Assembly (NCBI GenBank): GCA_018672475.1
Contig: JABHFS010000116.1
Location: 621-64,620 of the forward strand
Reading direction: 5' to 3'
Source: Gemmatimonadota bacterium
GTDB taxonomy: Bacteria; Latescibacterota; UBA2968; UBA8231
DNA length: 64,000 bases
Part shown: positions 7,973-18,330 of the stretch, piece after piece
Layout: each line of letters starts with the position of its first letter
How positions within the stretch are numbered: the stretch's first letter is position 1
Notes under the pieces: model-generated
What the model was told of the DNA's origin: nothing
What the model saw: only the letters and a program-made list of their open reading frames with translations
Databases searched by the model: none
Made by a program: the position numbers and the translations under genes

Positions 7973-10459
7973 TTAGTAGAATCGCTTGATTAAGCTTCGG
8001 GCCTGGTCGTGGTCTATTTGTTGTAGGTAGGTTTTTAGTTGGGTGCGGACGCGGCCATCGACGTTGAGTGTGGGCGAGGTAAGAAGCTGGGTATAGTGGT
8101 GGAGAGCTTTCTCGCTTTCTCCTTGTTCTTGGTACAGACGCCCGAGAAACAGATAGGCATAGGGATTTTTTGTACCTAGCTCGATGGCGGTGTTCAGGTT
8201 TTGTTGCGCAGCTTGTATTTGTTTCTGCTCCAAAGCCAAGCTGCCGAGCTTGTAGTGGTATTCTGAGTTGTCGGGTTTGAGTGCGACGGCGCGGGCAAGT
8301 GCCTCGGCGGCCTCGTCGGGGCGTTGTAGTGTGCGCAATACAACCGCCAAGTCGTGATGGGACGCGGCCTGTCCGGGGTCGAGATGGATGGCCTCTCGAT
8401 AGGCGGCTTCGGCTTCGGCGCGAGCACCGGTGCGGAAATATAGATTGCCAAGATCGGCGTAATCGTGCGTATCGGCTTGGCCGAGGGCGATGATTTTTTC
8501 GATGCTGGCAAAGGCGGTCTGGTAGTGCCCGGCCTGACCAGACAGACGCGCCAGGCCGCGGTGTGCGGGGGCGAAGTTCGCATCGAGGTCGAGGCTTTTT
8601 CGGTAGGCTGCGAGCGCGGGCTCGGTTTGCGCCGACTCTTCGTAACACTCCCCTAAGAGATTGTACAGATCGGCGCTAGGCTTTGCTGTCAGCGCCTTTT
8701 GGCAGGCCGTTATCGCGGCTGCGAATTGGTCGTCGAGCTGTAGGGCGAGGATGGTAGCGTAGGTGATGCCGCGGTCGTCGGTTGCAGCGCCTTGTGCTTG
8801 CTGTAGTAGCGCGACGGCTTCGCCGGCCTGGCCCTGTTTATAGCGAATCGCGCCGAGGCGTTTTAACGCTTTGACCTGGCCTGGAGCGAATTCGAGCGCG
8901 TACTGATAGGCGGTAATGGCGCGCTGCAAATCGTCTAGACTTTCGTAACCGAGCCCCAAATTAGTGTAGACTTGCGCGAGCGCGGCGCTGGCTTTGACGT
9001 GGTTTTTGAGCGCGTTGAGCCGGCCGTTTTCGGCAAAACCGGAATGCAGCGAATTGTAGGCGAGGTTGTAGACCTGTAGATAAGAATTTTGCGGAAAGTG
9101 CGCGAGCGCTTCTTTGAGCACTGCGGCTGTCTGATAGGGGTGGCGCATCAGCCCCATCGTCAGCCGGACATAGGCGTCCTCAAGGTTGATCCGATTGGGT
9201 GCGCGTTCGATAGCCTGGCGCAGCTGCGCGACGCCGGTGCGGTCGTCTTCGGCGGCGAGATAGGTCCGGCCCGAGTTGTAATAGGTGAGCGCTTCGGCCT
9301 GGTGGAGCCCGTGGTGGGAGCTGAAGATTAGGGCGACGGTTGTGCCGCCGAGTATTGCATGCCGCCATGCGGGTAAGGCAAGCGCTGTCCGGCGCAAGGC
9401 CCAGGCAATAATAAGTGCGGTGCCGGCGCTGGGCAGGTAGAGGTAACGCGATGGGCCTACGGGTAAATCGAGGATACTTTCTTCCGTCAGCAACACGAAG
9501 GGTAGCAGCATCAGCAAGGTCCAACCGGCCCAGAGTGCGGCTGGGCCTTGTTTTTTCCAGATAAGCCAAGCGAGGCCGACGAGCACCAGTGCGCCAACGG
9601 CGAATTCCCAGGTGTGGCGTTCGTGTGAAGCCAGGGGCAGCCAGTGGGCGGTGCTCAGCAGGCGACTGGCGAAGAAGAGCGTCGAACGTGCGATGCCGGC
9701 GACGAGATCCCAAAGCCCGGCGACGGAGAAGAAGTCCAGCGCTTCCCAGGTGCTGGTGCGTTTGGCGGTGAAGCGTAGGACCAGGGCCAGGACGGGGGCG
9801 AGCAAGAGGGCAAAAGGGGCCAGGTGGCGCGATGCGCGGCGTAGATCGTGGCCTTGTTGCCAGGCTAGAAACAGACAGAAGGGCCAGGCCATCAGGCTGG
9901 CCAGATGACTGAAGGCGCCCAATACTAGGCTGGCGTAACAGGCGGCGAGCCAGGGCGTGCGGCCGGTGGCGACAAAACGAAGATAGGCCAAGACGGTGGC
10001 CAGGGTCAGGACGAAGGCGAGCACGTAGTTAAAGCCGGAGAGCCAATGTACTGCGCGGAAGTGCGCGACATTGAGCAGAAAGAACAGCCCGGCGAGCATG
10101 CTCAGTTCAAGGTCGGCCCCGGCACGCATAAAGGTGCGGCACAATAATAGGCTGGCGGCGAAATGCAGCGCGACGACGAGCAGATGGAAGGCGGCCGGAT
10201 TTTGGCCCCAGGCGGCATGGGCCAGCCACATGGAAAATTCGTGTAATAGACGGCCGGAGGCTTGTTCTTTCTCAGCGGAAAAGAAATAGGCGAAGTCGGC
10301 GCTGACGTTGGCGTTGTCGCGAAAGGTTTCGAAGTCGTGTGTTTCGAGCAGGTGGAAACGCAGGTTGCCGAAACAAGCCCAGGTCAGGGCGCCCAATAAC
10401 AGGGTGTATAGTGCCCAGTTGCGGGGGGTGGAGGACAGGTTGGAAACGGAGGATGGCAT
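7973..10459 (-). CDS. Multi-pass membrane GT-C-like (TMTC-like) protein with C-terminal TPR array
   Basis: About 10 hydrophobic segments; FHLLVVALH..ASLLL, H.RAV.W, RYLYLPSAG motifs typical of TMTC/GT-C proteins; multiple TPR repeats from about residue 390. Confidence 0.75.
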   Translation of the reverse strand: MPSSVSNLSSTPRNWALYTLLLGALTWACFGNLRFHLLETHDFETFRDNANVSADFAYFFSAEKEQASGRLLHEFSMWLAHAAWGQNPAAFHLLVVALHFAASLLLCRTFMRAGADLELSMLAGLFFLLNVAHFRAVHWLSGFNYVLAFVLTLATVLAYLRFVATGRTPWLAACYASLVLGAFSHLASLMAWPFCLFLAWQQGHDLRRASRHLAPFALLLAPVLALVLRFTAKRTSTWEALDFFSVAGLWDLVAGIARSTLFFASRLLSTAHWLPLASHERHTWEFAVGALVLVGLAWLIWKKQGPAALWAGWTLLMLLPFVLLTEESILDLPVGPSRYLYLPSAGTALIIAWALRRTALALPAWRHAILGGTTVALIFSSHHGLHQAEALTYYNSGRTYLAAEDDRTGVAQLRQAIERAPNRINLEDAYVRLTMGLMRHPYQTAAVLKEALAHFPQNSYLQVYNLAYNSLHSGFAENGRLNALKNHVKASAALAQVYTNLGLGYESLDDLQRAITAYQYALEFAPGQVKALKRLGAIRYKQGQAGEAVALLQQAQGAATDDRGITYATILALQLDDQFAAAITACQKALTAKPSADLYNLLGECYEESAQTEPALAAYRKSLDLDANFAPAHRGLARLSGQAGHYQTAFASIEKIIALGQADTHDYADLGNLYFRTGARAEAEAAYREAIHLDPGQAASHHDLAVVLRTLQRPDEAAEALARAVALKPDNSEYHYKLGSLALEQKQIQAAQQNLNTAIELGTKNPYAYLFLGRLYQEQGESEKALHHYTQLLTSPTLNVDGRVRTQLKTYLQQIDHDQARSLIKRFY

Positions 10460-10567
10460 AGGGTTATGCGGAGAGCCTTGCTGCGGTGCTTGGTTGGAAC
10501 GAGAGTGTTGAAAAAGATCGACCCGTGGACCGTTGTTCGCGAGAAGAGTTCGTGTGCCAGGTCTTGT

Positions 10568-11401
10568 TCAATCGAGGCCGACTTGTTCGTCGGGTGCATT
10601 GGGCATACCGGGGTGTGTGCCACCGGCATTTTTGGCAAGGTTGCCGCCGTCCAATGGAATCATCGCGCCGGTGATCCAGGACGAGGCGTCGGAGGCGAGA
10701 AAAATCGATACGCCCTTGATGTCGTTGGAGTCGCCGAGGCGACCCATGGGGATGCCGCGCAGGTAGGTGTCGCCCAGCGCGGGGTCGGCGGCGATACGTT
10801 CTTTTAGGCCTTCGTTCATCAGTTGTGCACAGACGATGGCGTTGACACGCACGCCTTTGGCCGCCCATTCGGTGCTCAGCTCGCGGGTCATTTGCGCGAC
10901 ACCGCCCATGCCGATGCTATAGGCGAGGTGGTTGCGGCCGAGTGCGTTGATACCGGCGATGGAGACGATATTGATGATACTGCCGCCATTGGGTGAGGCG
11001 ATCATGCGTTTGCCGGCTTCTTGGCAGCAGACCAGGCGGCCGGTTATGAGATTGTGCAAGGTGTAGGCGACCTCGTCCGGCGTGAGTTCGAGTGGGGTGT
11101 TACGCTTGGCGTCGCCGGCGACATTGCCGACGATGTCGATGCGGCCATATTCCTCGTCGATGAGTTCGAACATGGTGCGGATTTGCTCGGGTTGCGACAT
11201 GTCGCAGGTGACGGGCAGGGTGCGGCGGCCGGGAGCGGCTAACTCTTTGGCGGTGGTGGCGAGGCCGTCGGGGTTTATATCGGCTAGGACTAGGTCGGCG
11301 CCGGCTTCGGCTAGGCCCGTGGCCATGGCTTTGCCGAGGCCGCTGGCGGCGCCGGAGACTAGGGCTACTCGGTCGGTCAAGTCGAACAGGTCGTGGGACA
11401 T
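10568..11401 (-). CDS. SDR family oxidoreductase (gluconate 5-dehydrogenase-like)
   Basis: VSGAASGLG, GSIINIVS, GVRVNAI, IPMGRLG, LDGG; catalytic YxxxK appears as YSIGM. Confidence 0.88.
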   Translation of the reverse strand: MSHDLFDLTDRVALVSGAASGLGKAMATGLAEAGADLVLADINPDGLATTAKELAAPGRRTLPVTCDMSQPEQIRTMFELIDEEYGRIDIVGNVAGDAKRNTPLELTPDEVAYTLHNLITGRLVCCQEAGKRMIASPNGGSIINIVSIAGINALGRNHLAYSIGMGGVAQMTRELSTEWAAKGVRVNAIVCAQLMNEGLKERIAADPALGDTYLRGIPMGRLGDSNDIKGVSIFLASDASSWITGAMIPLDGGNLAKNAGGTHPGMPNAPDEQVGLD

Positions 11402-11430
11402 GAGGTGGCCTCTGGGCTACGGAGGTGGAT

Positions 11431-11562
11431 GGCCTTTCGGAGGGTATGCCCTCGCTCATTCTCGCCCGACTCCTGTCGGGCTGCGAGGGGCGGTCTTTTC
11501 CGATTCCACAATCCTGTGAAATCGGGACCGCAATCCGCTGCGGGTATATCCTCGCAAAGGCC
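11431..11562. repeat. 132-bp structured inverted-repeat element (MITE/REP-like or structured RNA)
   Basis: 21-bp imperfect terminal inverted repeat (11431-11451 / 11542-11562) enclosing hairpins GCCCGAC-TCCT-GTCGGGC and GCGGTC...GACCGC. Confidence 0.55.
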
Positions 11563-11778
11563 TCTGTGGCTACAGCGTATCTAATGGTTTATGAGTGTAT
11601 GAAAATAGGGTCTGGGGGGGAAGGGACCAAGTCCGAGTCTGGATTGTGGGTATGAGAAAGGTTTAGTCGTTAGTCCTTTTGGTTTCGCAATAAGTTAATT
11701 GATTGGGGTGTGGCTAGGGGGAAAGCCGATATATCTGATTGTGATGGTTCGGTCGATCAATGCGTGGGGCGGGAAAGC

Positions 11779-13125
11779 TCAGGGACTACCCGCTTGTGCC
11801 TCCGAGATGAGTTGGTCGCAGCGGACGCGCATGAGGTTGAGTTGATCTTCGTGCTCGGGATCGGCGGCTAAGTTGGTGGTTTCGTTAGGGTCGATTGGCA
11901 GGTTGTAGAGGCATTCGTATAGGGGGTCTTGTTCGTAGTAGCGGAAGTATTTCCAGTCTTGACTGCGCAGGCCTTCGCTTTTGGGGATGGTGGGGTGGGT
12001 GAAGTGGTGTTCACAGAGGAAGTCTTCGCGCCAGGCTACGGTTTGATTTTGTAAGAGCGGGGCGAGGCTGCGGCCTTGATATGTTGTGGGCGCCGGGATG
12101 CCGGCTAAATCCAATATGGTTGGGGCGATGTCGATGTTGAGGACCATTTCGTGGCGGGTAAGTCCGGAGTGTGCTGTGCGCGGGTCGTAGACCAGCAGGG
12201 GGACGCGGAGGGATTCCTCGTGCAGGAGCCAGCAATCGCACAGGCCGCGTTCGCCGTAGAACATGCCGTGGTCGGAGGTGAAGATGATAATGGTGTTGTC
12301 GGTGAGGTCCAAGCGTTCTAATTCGGCTAGGATGCGGCCGATATTGCGGTCGACGCCGCTGACCATGCGGTAGAGGCCCTGCATGCTGCGTTGGAATTTT
12401 TGTGGGGTGTCGTAGCGTTTAGACCAGCGTTTGCGGCTTTCGGAATGGCGGAGAAAATCGGGTAAGGAGGCGAAATAAGCCGGGTCGGAGTTGAGGGGTT
12501 CGGGGAAGGTGGTGTCTTGGTATAGTGCGTTTTCGTTTTCGGGCCAGATATACTGGCGTGGATCGTTGTCTTGGGCATGGGGGGCGTTGAAGCTTATGGA
12601 TAGGCAAAAGGGCGATTGGCAGGCGCGCAGAAAATCGATGGCCTTGTCGCCGGTGATATCGGTCAGGTGACGGGTTGAGCCGTCGGGTTGCGCGATCTCG
12701 TAGCCTTCTGGCCCCCAGTGCTCGTAGTTGTCGAGGAGGTCGAATAGGGCGGGCACGGTTGTCGCGGTGTCTTCTATATCGATGATATCACCGACCCCCT
12801 TTGACTCAATGCCGAGCTTGCCGATCAGACCGGTTTGGTAGCCGACGTCGTGCAGTAAGGCGGGGTAGCTGGTGCGGGCGCAGGCGGCGGCAAGCGGCGG
12901 GGTGAGGAAGGTGAAGCCATGGCGGCGTTCGTAGAGGCCGGTGAGAATACTGGCTCGGCTGGCGGCGCAAATGGGGGTGGTGGCGAAGGCGTGGGTGAAG
13001 CGGGTGCCGCGACGCGTTAGGTGGTCGAGGTGGGGAGTGTGGATGATGGGATTGTTGGCGGCACCTAATAGATCGTGGCGCTGGTTGTCGGTCAAGACGA
13101 AAAGGATATTGGGCGGTGTTGGCAT
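11779..13125 (-). CDS. Formylglycine-dependent (S1) sulfatase
   Basis: PNILFVLTD, CAASRASILTG, GK, APH, FTSDHG, SLRVPL, NIDIAPTILDLAG. Confidence 0.93.
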   Translation of the reverse strand: MPTPPNILFVLTDNQRHDLLGAANNPIIHTPHLDHLTRRGTRFTHAFATTPICAASRASILTGLYERRHGFTFLTPPLAAACARTSYPALLHDVGYQTGLIGKLGIESKGVGDIIDIEDTATTVPALFDLLDNYEHWGPEGYEIAQPDGSTRHLTDITGDKAIDFLRACQSPFCLSISFNAPHAQDNDPRQYIWPENENALYQDTTFPEPLNSDPAYFASLPDFLRHSESRKRWSKRYDTPQKFQRSMQGLYRMVSGVDRNIGRILAELERLDLTDNTIIIFTSDHGMFYGERGLCDCWLLHEESLRVPLLVYDPRTAHSGLTRHEMVLNIDIAPTILDLAGIPAPTTYQGRSLAPLLQNQTVAWREDFLCEHHFTHPTIPKSEGLRSQDWKYFRYYEQDPLYECLYNLPIDPNETTNLAADPEHEDQLNLMRVRCDQLISEAQAGSP

Positions 13126-13128
13126 ATT

Positions 13129-13503
13129 CTAGAGCGGCGGGTGATCGGGGGCTTGCGCACGGTGGGTGCAGAGATATTCGTAGCGCAGGGTTTTTTCGTC
13201 GGTAGAAATGCGGATCAGGTCGGGATGGGTATAGCTTTGGCACTGCAGGTCGAAGCTGGGGTGGGCGAGGATTGCGCGGAGTTCGGAGCCGCAGTGGTCG
13301 AGGAGTTTGGCGACGATGAAGAAAGTCGCCGGGGTCTCTGTGCCCAGATGCGCCTCGGCGACGGCGCGGGCACCGGCGAGGAAGGTTTCCCGTGGTTCGC
13401 CTTCGTAGCTAAGATAAGCGTCGTAACCGGCGGCATCGGAGCGGGTGGGTTCCCACCAGGCAAAGACGGCTTCGGTATCGTAGGCGGCGACGTAGAAAGA
13501 CAT
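13129..13503 (-). pseudogene. Truncated polysaccharide deacetylase (NodB-like) fragment
   Basis: AYDTE, ATFFIV, QSYTH (degenerate H.S.TH); ends at 124 aa, before the later NodB motifs. Confidence 0.55.
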
Positions 13504-13775
13504 AGGATCTAGTTCCCAATGGCAAGGGTGATTACGCGTTTAGTGTAGACACCCTGAACGGTGGTGTCCATGCTAAAATTGCGGAGTAAAAGCGGACGGC
13601 GGTGTGGCGCTTGACCTCATGGTCGCCACCGGCCTATTTTGCTGCTTGGATTTAGTGCGATTAATGTTGTGAGGATCGCTGATCAGCACGCATAGCGGGC
13701 TAGATGCTGGCAAGCGAAAGAGAGAGTGCAAAAGCGTTAAGGTTGTGCATTTTTCATGGCGAAAGAGAGTGATAG

Positions 13776-14588
13776 ATGCGTATAGGGATACATGCGAGTT
13801 CGAGCGATGCGGACGAAATTGCCGGCCAGTGCCGCGATGTGGGCGTGAATGATATTTTCCTGTATGTTGGCTCTGTGCCGGGTTTTGCCGAGCGCGGTCG
13901 TTTGACGGGTGACGATTGTAAGAGGTTCGCGGTGCAGTTGGCGCAGCGGGATATTGAGGTCGCCGGGATGATTATACCGGTGCCTTCGCGCGAGGTGGTG
14001 CTCGGCGAGGACGAGGAGGGGCGGGCGGGGCTTTGTCAAATGCTGCGCGCTGCGGGGGAAGCGGGGGTCGATACGGCACTGTTTTATCCGCTCGACCAGT
14101 TTCTCTACTTTGACGAACACCATCCGGGCAGATCCTTGATGGTGATGCCGGGCGAAGAAGGTTGGACGAGAATTGTCGAGTTTTTCAAAGAGGTGGTCGG
14201 TGTCGCCGACGAGGTCGACCTGCAATTGGCCAATCACTTGTGGGCGGTCAATGTCGTACATGCGATCTGGGAGGCGGTGGATAGTCCTAATAACGGAGTG
14301 ACCTATTGCCAGGGGATGTCGCTGATCGGCGAGGATCCGCATACGCCGGTCGAGACATGGGGTATGGAACGCATATTCTTCGCCCATGCCCGCAACCAAG
14401 CCCAGCACGGACCCTGTCTGATGGATCACGAGGAGGTTCCGCTGCAGCAAGGGGATGTGGATATGGCCCGTTGTGTGCAGGCCCTGGTGAAGGCCGAATA
14501 CGACGGGGTGATCGCCCCGGAACACCTCGGCCCGCAAAGTTTGGCCGATGCGGTAGACTATTTGAAAAAACTGACCGGGGCGGCTTAG
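13776..14588 (+). CDS. Sugar-phosphate isomerase/epimerase or mannonate-dehydratase-like TIM barrel
   Basis: LANH, NNGVTYCQG, RIFFAHARN, GDVDM, YDGVIAPEH. Confidence 0.75.
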   Translation: MRIGIHASSSDADEIAGQCRDVGVNDIFLYVGSVPGFAERGRLTGDDCKRFAVQLAQRDIEVAGMIIPVPSREVVLGEDEEGRAGLCQMLRAAGEAGVDTALFYPLDQFLYFDEHHPGRSLMVMPGEEGWTRIVEFFKEVVGVADEVDLQLANHLWAVNVVHAIWEAVDSPNNGVTYCQGMSLIGEDPHTPVETWGMERIFFAHARNQAQHGPCLMDHEEVPLQQGDVDMARCVQALVKAEYDGVIAPEHLGPQSLADAVDYLKKLTGAA

Positions 14589-14657
14589 GCCGATCTCGAT
14601 CTATGGGGAATATTCGCGGGTCATTACAACGTCTGAAAAGCATCGAAAGGAAATCCG

Positions 14658-15758
14658 ATGGCAGGTGCTAAGCTGAAGGTCGGCGTGATCGGCGCCGGGA
14701 TGATCGCCAATGCGGGGCATATTCCCGGTTGGAAGAACGTCTCCGAGCACGTCGAGGTCGTGGCGGTGGCCAATCCGAATAAGGCCAAGGCGCAGTTGAC
14801 TGCTGACAGCGAAGGCATTGCGCAGGTCTATGATGATTGGCGGCAGATGTTAGCGGAGGTCGAACCGGATATCGTTTCGGTTTGTACGCCGAACGCCTTT
14901 CACCGCGAGCAGGCGATCGCTGCGTTCGAGGTGGGGGCACATGTCTTTTGCGAGAAGCCGATCGCGACCTGTTATGAGGACGCGGTGGCGATGTATGCGG
15001 CGGCGGAGGCGGCCGACCGGCGGCTCTTTGTTACGCAGACCGCGCGTTTTTCGTCCGCGTCGATGGCGGCGTGGGAGATTGCGCGGTCGGGGCAGTTGGG
15101 GGAGATGTACTATGCCGAGTGCTTTTTTATGCGACGGCGCGGAATTCCGACTTGGGGGCGCTTTCATATGAAGGAACATTCGGCGTCGGGGCCGCTCTAC
15201 GATTTGGGCGTGCACATGGTAGACAAGATCCTTTGGTTGATGGGCAGTCCGAAGGTAATTGCGGCGAGTGGCGCGACCTATACAAAATTTGGCAACCGCG
15301 ACGAGGGTTTGGCGACCTCGCTCGCTGAGAGCGGCGCGCCGGCCGGGGTCTTGGCACCGCGGCCGTATAGCCATGAGGAGTTTACGGTCGAGGACATGGC
15401 GGCGGGTTTTTTGCGGCTCGAAGGCGGTGCGACGATGGCGGTTAAGACTAGTTGGGCGGCGAATATTCCCGAGAATATGGGCGGCAATATGATCCTCGGG
15501 ACCGAAGGGGGGTTGAATTTTGATCCGCTAGTGCTGTCGAAGAACGTGGGTAGTTATCAGGCGAATGTGAATCCGCGGGTGCCACAGGATTTAGACGTGC
15601 CGTTTTATGGGCATTGGCTGGCGGCTGAGCATTTTGTGCGGATGTTGCAGGGGGAAGAGGAAGAGATCGTCAAGAAGGAGGAAGTGCTAAATGTAATGCG
15701 GGCGTTGGACGCGTTGCATCGCTCGGCGGAGGAGGGGTGCGAGGTGCGGGTAGACTAA
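14658..15758 (+). CDS. Gfo/Idh/MocA family oxidoreductase
   Basis: GVIGAGMIA, CTPNAFH, HVFCEKP, GPLYDLGVH. Confidence 0.93.
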   Translation: MAGAKLKVGVIGAGMIANAGHIPGWKNVSEHVEVVAVANPNKAKAQLTADSEGIAQVYDDWRQMLAEVEPDIVSVCTPNAFHREQAIAAFEVGAHVFCEKPIATCYEDAVAMYAAAEAADRRLFVTQTARFSSASMAAWEIARSGQLGEMYYAECFFMRRRGIPTWGRFHMKEHSASGPLYDLGVHMVDKILWLMGSPKVIAASGATYTKFGNRDEGLATSLAESGAPAGVLAPRPYSHEEFTVEDMAAGFLRLEGGATMAVKTSWAANIPENMGGNMILGTEGGLNFDPLVLSKNVGSYQANVNPRVPQDLDVPFYGHWLAAEHFVRMLQGEEEEIVKKEEVLNVMRALDALHRSAEEGCEVRVD

Positions 15759-16198
15759 GGTATGCGCCTTGCAGGCCTTTAGATCGATTCTTGCTATGGC
15801 TGGGCGGGCCTTGGTCGGTGGCAGACTGGTTGCGGATTCGCATTTTCGAACGGGCCAAGTTATATCGCTGGCGGGGTGTATTATGCTACCGTTGGTTGTT
15901 CGTCCGTAGCCCCTTTACGGCGCTCAATAAGTGGATTCACTTGCGCTCGAAAAAGGGTTTGTCGGAGTTGAGGCGTCAAATACATGAGGCGGAAATAGGG
16001 CGATTATATCGCTCTCAGTCTAACGTTGGCGCGGACTATTTTTTGCGCTTTTGAGAGATCATTCTTTTTCCATTTATCGCTGTGCAACCTGATTGGCAAT
16101 GTCTATCCGATCTGGCTGCAGCGTTATAATCGCATTCGGGTCGGTCGTGTGATGGGTCGCCTTACCCGCTTGCGACCGTCGTCGTAGGAGACGCTCTT

Positions 16199-17023
16199 AT
16201 GAACTTATCGCAGGAACAACACAATTTTTTTGACACTTTCGGTTATCTGGCCTTTGCCAAAATTTTCAGCGGCGATGAGATCGGTTGGATCGCCGAGGAA
16301 TTTGAAAAGGTACTGGACAATCACGGCAGTGGCAGAGCGCACGACGGTTCCAGTCGCACGATGATCGTGCCGACTATCGACCATAGTGAGCGCTTGTGCA
16401 CCTTGCTCGAGGATAGACGGATTATAGGCATTGCCGGGGATATTTTAGGCGCGGATTTTAATTATGCCTCGGGTGACGGCAATTATTATAGCGGCGATAC
16501 GGGATGGCACCCAGATGGCGGTTATCCCGAGTTGTTTGCGATTAAGATGGCGTTCTATCTCGATCCAGTCGGGCGGGATACGGGCTGTCTGCGGGTTTTG
16601 CCGGGCAGCCACAAAGCCGATTCGATGTGGCGGAACGGCACGGTCGATCCGCGCGAAGTGGAAAAATTGGGCATCGCGCCGTCGGAGCTACCGGGGAATG
16701 TGGCGCTGGAGACCGAACCGGGTGACTTGGTGGTCTTTGACCATAATACCTGGCATGCTTCGTTCGGCGGCAGTACGCGGCGGCGGATGTTTACGATGAA
16801 CTTGCACAAGCGCGGCAAGACCGACGAAGAGCTCGAACGGGTCGACGGTTATTTAAAGCATCATTGTCCAGTGGCGCACGGATACAAGATCGGGGGTATG
16901 TATACCGATCTGATGGTCGACACTGCTCCACCTGAACGACTCGTGCATTTGCAGCAGCTTTTTGAGCGCCATGCACTGGTGCATCCAGAAGGCACGCTGC
17001 CGCGGAATTTTCCGACCGGCTAG
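16199..17023 (+). CDS. Phytanoyl-CoA dioxygenase (PhyH) family protein
   Basis: FFDTFGYL, WHPD, GCLRVLPGSH, PGDLVVFD..TWHA, RR; AGGAG RBS. Confidence 0.9.
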   Translation: MNLSQEQHNFFDTFGYLAFAKIFSGDEIGWIAEEFEKVLDNHGSGRAHDGSSRTMIVPTIDHSERLCTLLEDRRIIGIAGDILGADFNYASGDGNYYSGDTGWHPDGGYPELFAIKMAFYLDPVGRDTGCLRVLPGSHKADSMWRNGTVDPREVEKLGIAPSELPGNVALETEPGDLVVFDHNTWHASFGGSTRRRMFTMNLHKRGKTDEELERVDGYLKHHCPVAHGYKIGGMYTDLMVDTAPPERLVHLQQLFERHALVHPEGTLPRNFPTG

Positions 17024-17109
17024 CGGTGATTGATTGTGACCCCTTAAGCGATACTTTATATTTCCGACGGCTAAATATGAGTAGAAACTTATCGACGAGG
17101 AGAATTTCG

Positions 17110-17481
17110 ATGGTACAAAAAATTCACAAAATCGCGATCGTCACCGACGATATCGAAGGAGCAGTAGAGTTTTATACGCAGAAGATGGGTTTGACGGTCG
17201 TGGAGCGTTTCGAGAACGAGGACGACGAGGACTATGTCTTCCTCGACGCCGGCGGCATCTTGCTCGAATTGATGCCGCAGAAGGCGATGGGGGCCGATGT
17301 AGGCTTCCACCATATATCGTTTGACGTTGACAGCGTCGAAGGGAGCTCGCAGGAGTTGAAGGACAAAGGGGTCAACATCACCAAGGAGCCTTTCGACGTC
17401 GGCGGCGGCACCGGTATCACGCTGGGTTTTTTCGAGGGGCCGAACAATTTGAACCTGCAACTCTTCCACCGCGAGAAGTGA
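17110..17481 (+). CDS. VOC/glyoxalase family protein
   Basis: IHKIAIVTDDIE.AVEFY, LELM, HHISFDV, FFEGPNN; start MVQK with GGAG RBS. Confidence 0.85.
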   Translation: MVQKIHKIAIVTDDIEGAVEFYTQKMGLTVVERFENEDDEDYVFLDAGGILLELMPQKAMGADVGFHHISFDVDSVEGSSQELKDKGVNITKEPFDVGGGTGITLGFFEGPNNLNLQLFHREK

Positions 17482-17488
17482 GGCTGCC

Positions 17489-18307
17489 ATGCGCGTAGCC
17501 AATGCCAAGCGCGAGGATATGCAGGAGTTGTCGGGGGTGCACGGTGGTGCGGGGACGATTCTCTTCAATCGCCTGTGGGAAAGGGATGATTTCGCGACAC
17601 CCTTCGCCTTCGTGCACTGTGCCGTCCTGCCACCGGGGGGCGGCATCGGCTATCACCGCCACGACGACAACGAGGAGATCTTCATCGCCGTCGACAACGC
17701 CTCGCAGTTTAGCCACAACGGACGCACGGCGGAGGTCGTCGGCGGTGCAGCGGTGCCTTTGCGCTCGGGTGAGGCGCATGCGATTTACAACCACACCGAC
17801 CAGGAGACGCGCTGGTTTAATGTCAACTGCGCGGTGCCTGGTGGCCAGCCGAAGTCTACCGACCTGGGCGACGACCGGGTCGGCGCGCAATTGGAATCGA
17901 CCGATCGGTTGCCGGTGGGGCGGTTGGATCGCGATGCTTTAAAATACGCCCCGTCGCATGGCGGTAAGGGAGAAGTCGGCAGCCGGAAGATCTGGCAGGC
18001 GGAGGACTTTCGCTCGAATTTTGGTTTGCTTGCCCATTATTTGTTGCCACCGGATACTTCGATCGGTTATCACAGCCATGAAGGTGTCGAAGAGTGTTAT
18101 ATCATTATCGGGGGCAGCGGGCGGATGACGGTCGACGGAGAGACGCAAGAGGTCTCACAATGGGACGCGATTCCCAACAAGTTGAGTGGCAGTCACGGGC
18201 TTTATAATCACACGCAAGAGAATCTGCAACTATTGCTCGTCGCCGTTTGTGCCGAGAAGGGTGTTTTCGATTGCACGGATCTGGGCGACGATTTGAGTCA
18301 ACGTTAA
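17489..18307 (+). CDS. Tandem (bi)cupin protein
   Basis: Two cupin motifs, IGYHRHDDNEE...HAIYN and IGYHSHEGVEE...HGLYN. Confidence 0.85.
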   Translation: MRVANAKREDMQELSGVHGGAGTILFNRLWERDDFATPFAFVHCAVLPPGGGIGYHRHDDNEEIFIAVDNASQFSHNGRTAEVVGGAAVPLRSGEAHAIYNHTDQETRWFNVNCAVPGGQPKSTDLGDDRVGAQLESTDRLPVGRLDRDALKYAPSHGGKGEVGSRKIWQAEDFRSNFGLLAHYLLPPDTSIGYHSHEGVEECYIIIGGSGRMTVDGETQEVSQWDAIPNKLSGSHGLYNHTQENLQLLLVAVCAEKGVFDCTDLGDDLSQR

Positions 18308-18330
18308 TTATCTATTAGAAAGGACCTAAT

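Noticed and set aside
7962-8648. Long N-terminal extensions in the ORF track (also 3108-3395, 51165-51293, 56561-57379, 60063-60218)
   Set aside because: They overlap upstream genes in another frame, are often Arg/Pro-rich, and better internal starts exist
13737-14537. Long antisense or alternative-frame ORFs (also 23905-25044, 30276-31238, 38030-38884)
   Set aside because: Shadow ORFs expected in GC-rich DNA over well-supported genes; no motifs
15759-16198. 440-bp intergenic gap as a possible riboswitch or sRNA
   Set aside because: No recognisable aptamer motif or strong structure; only a TATAAT and an RBS are evident
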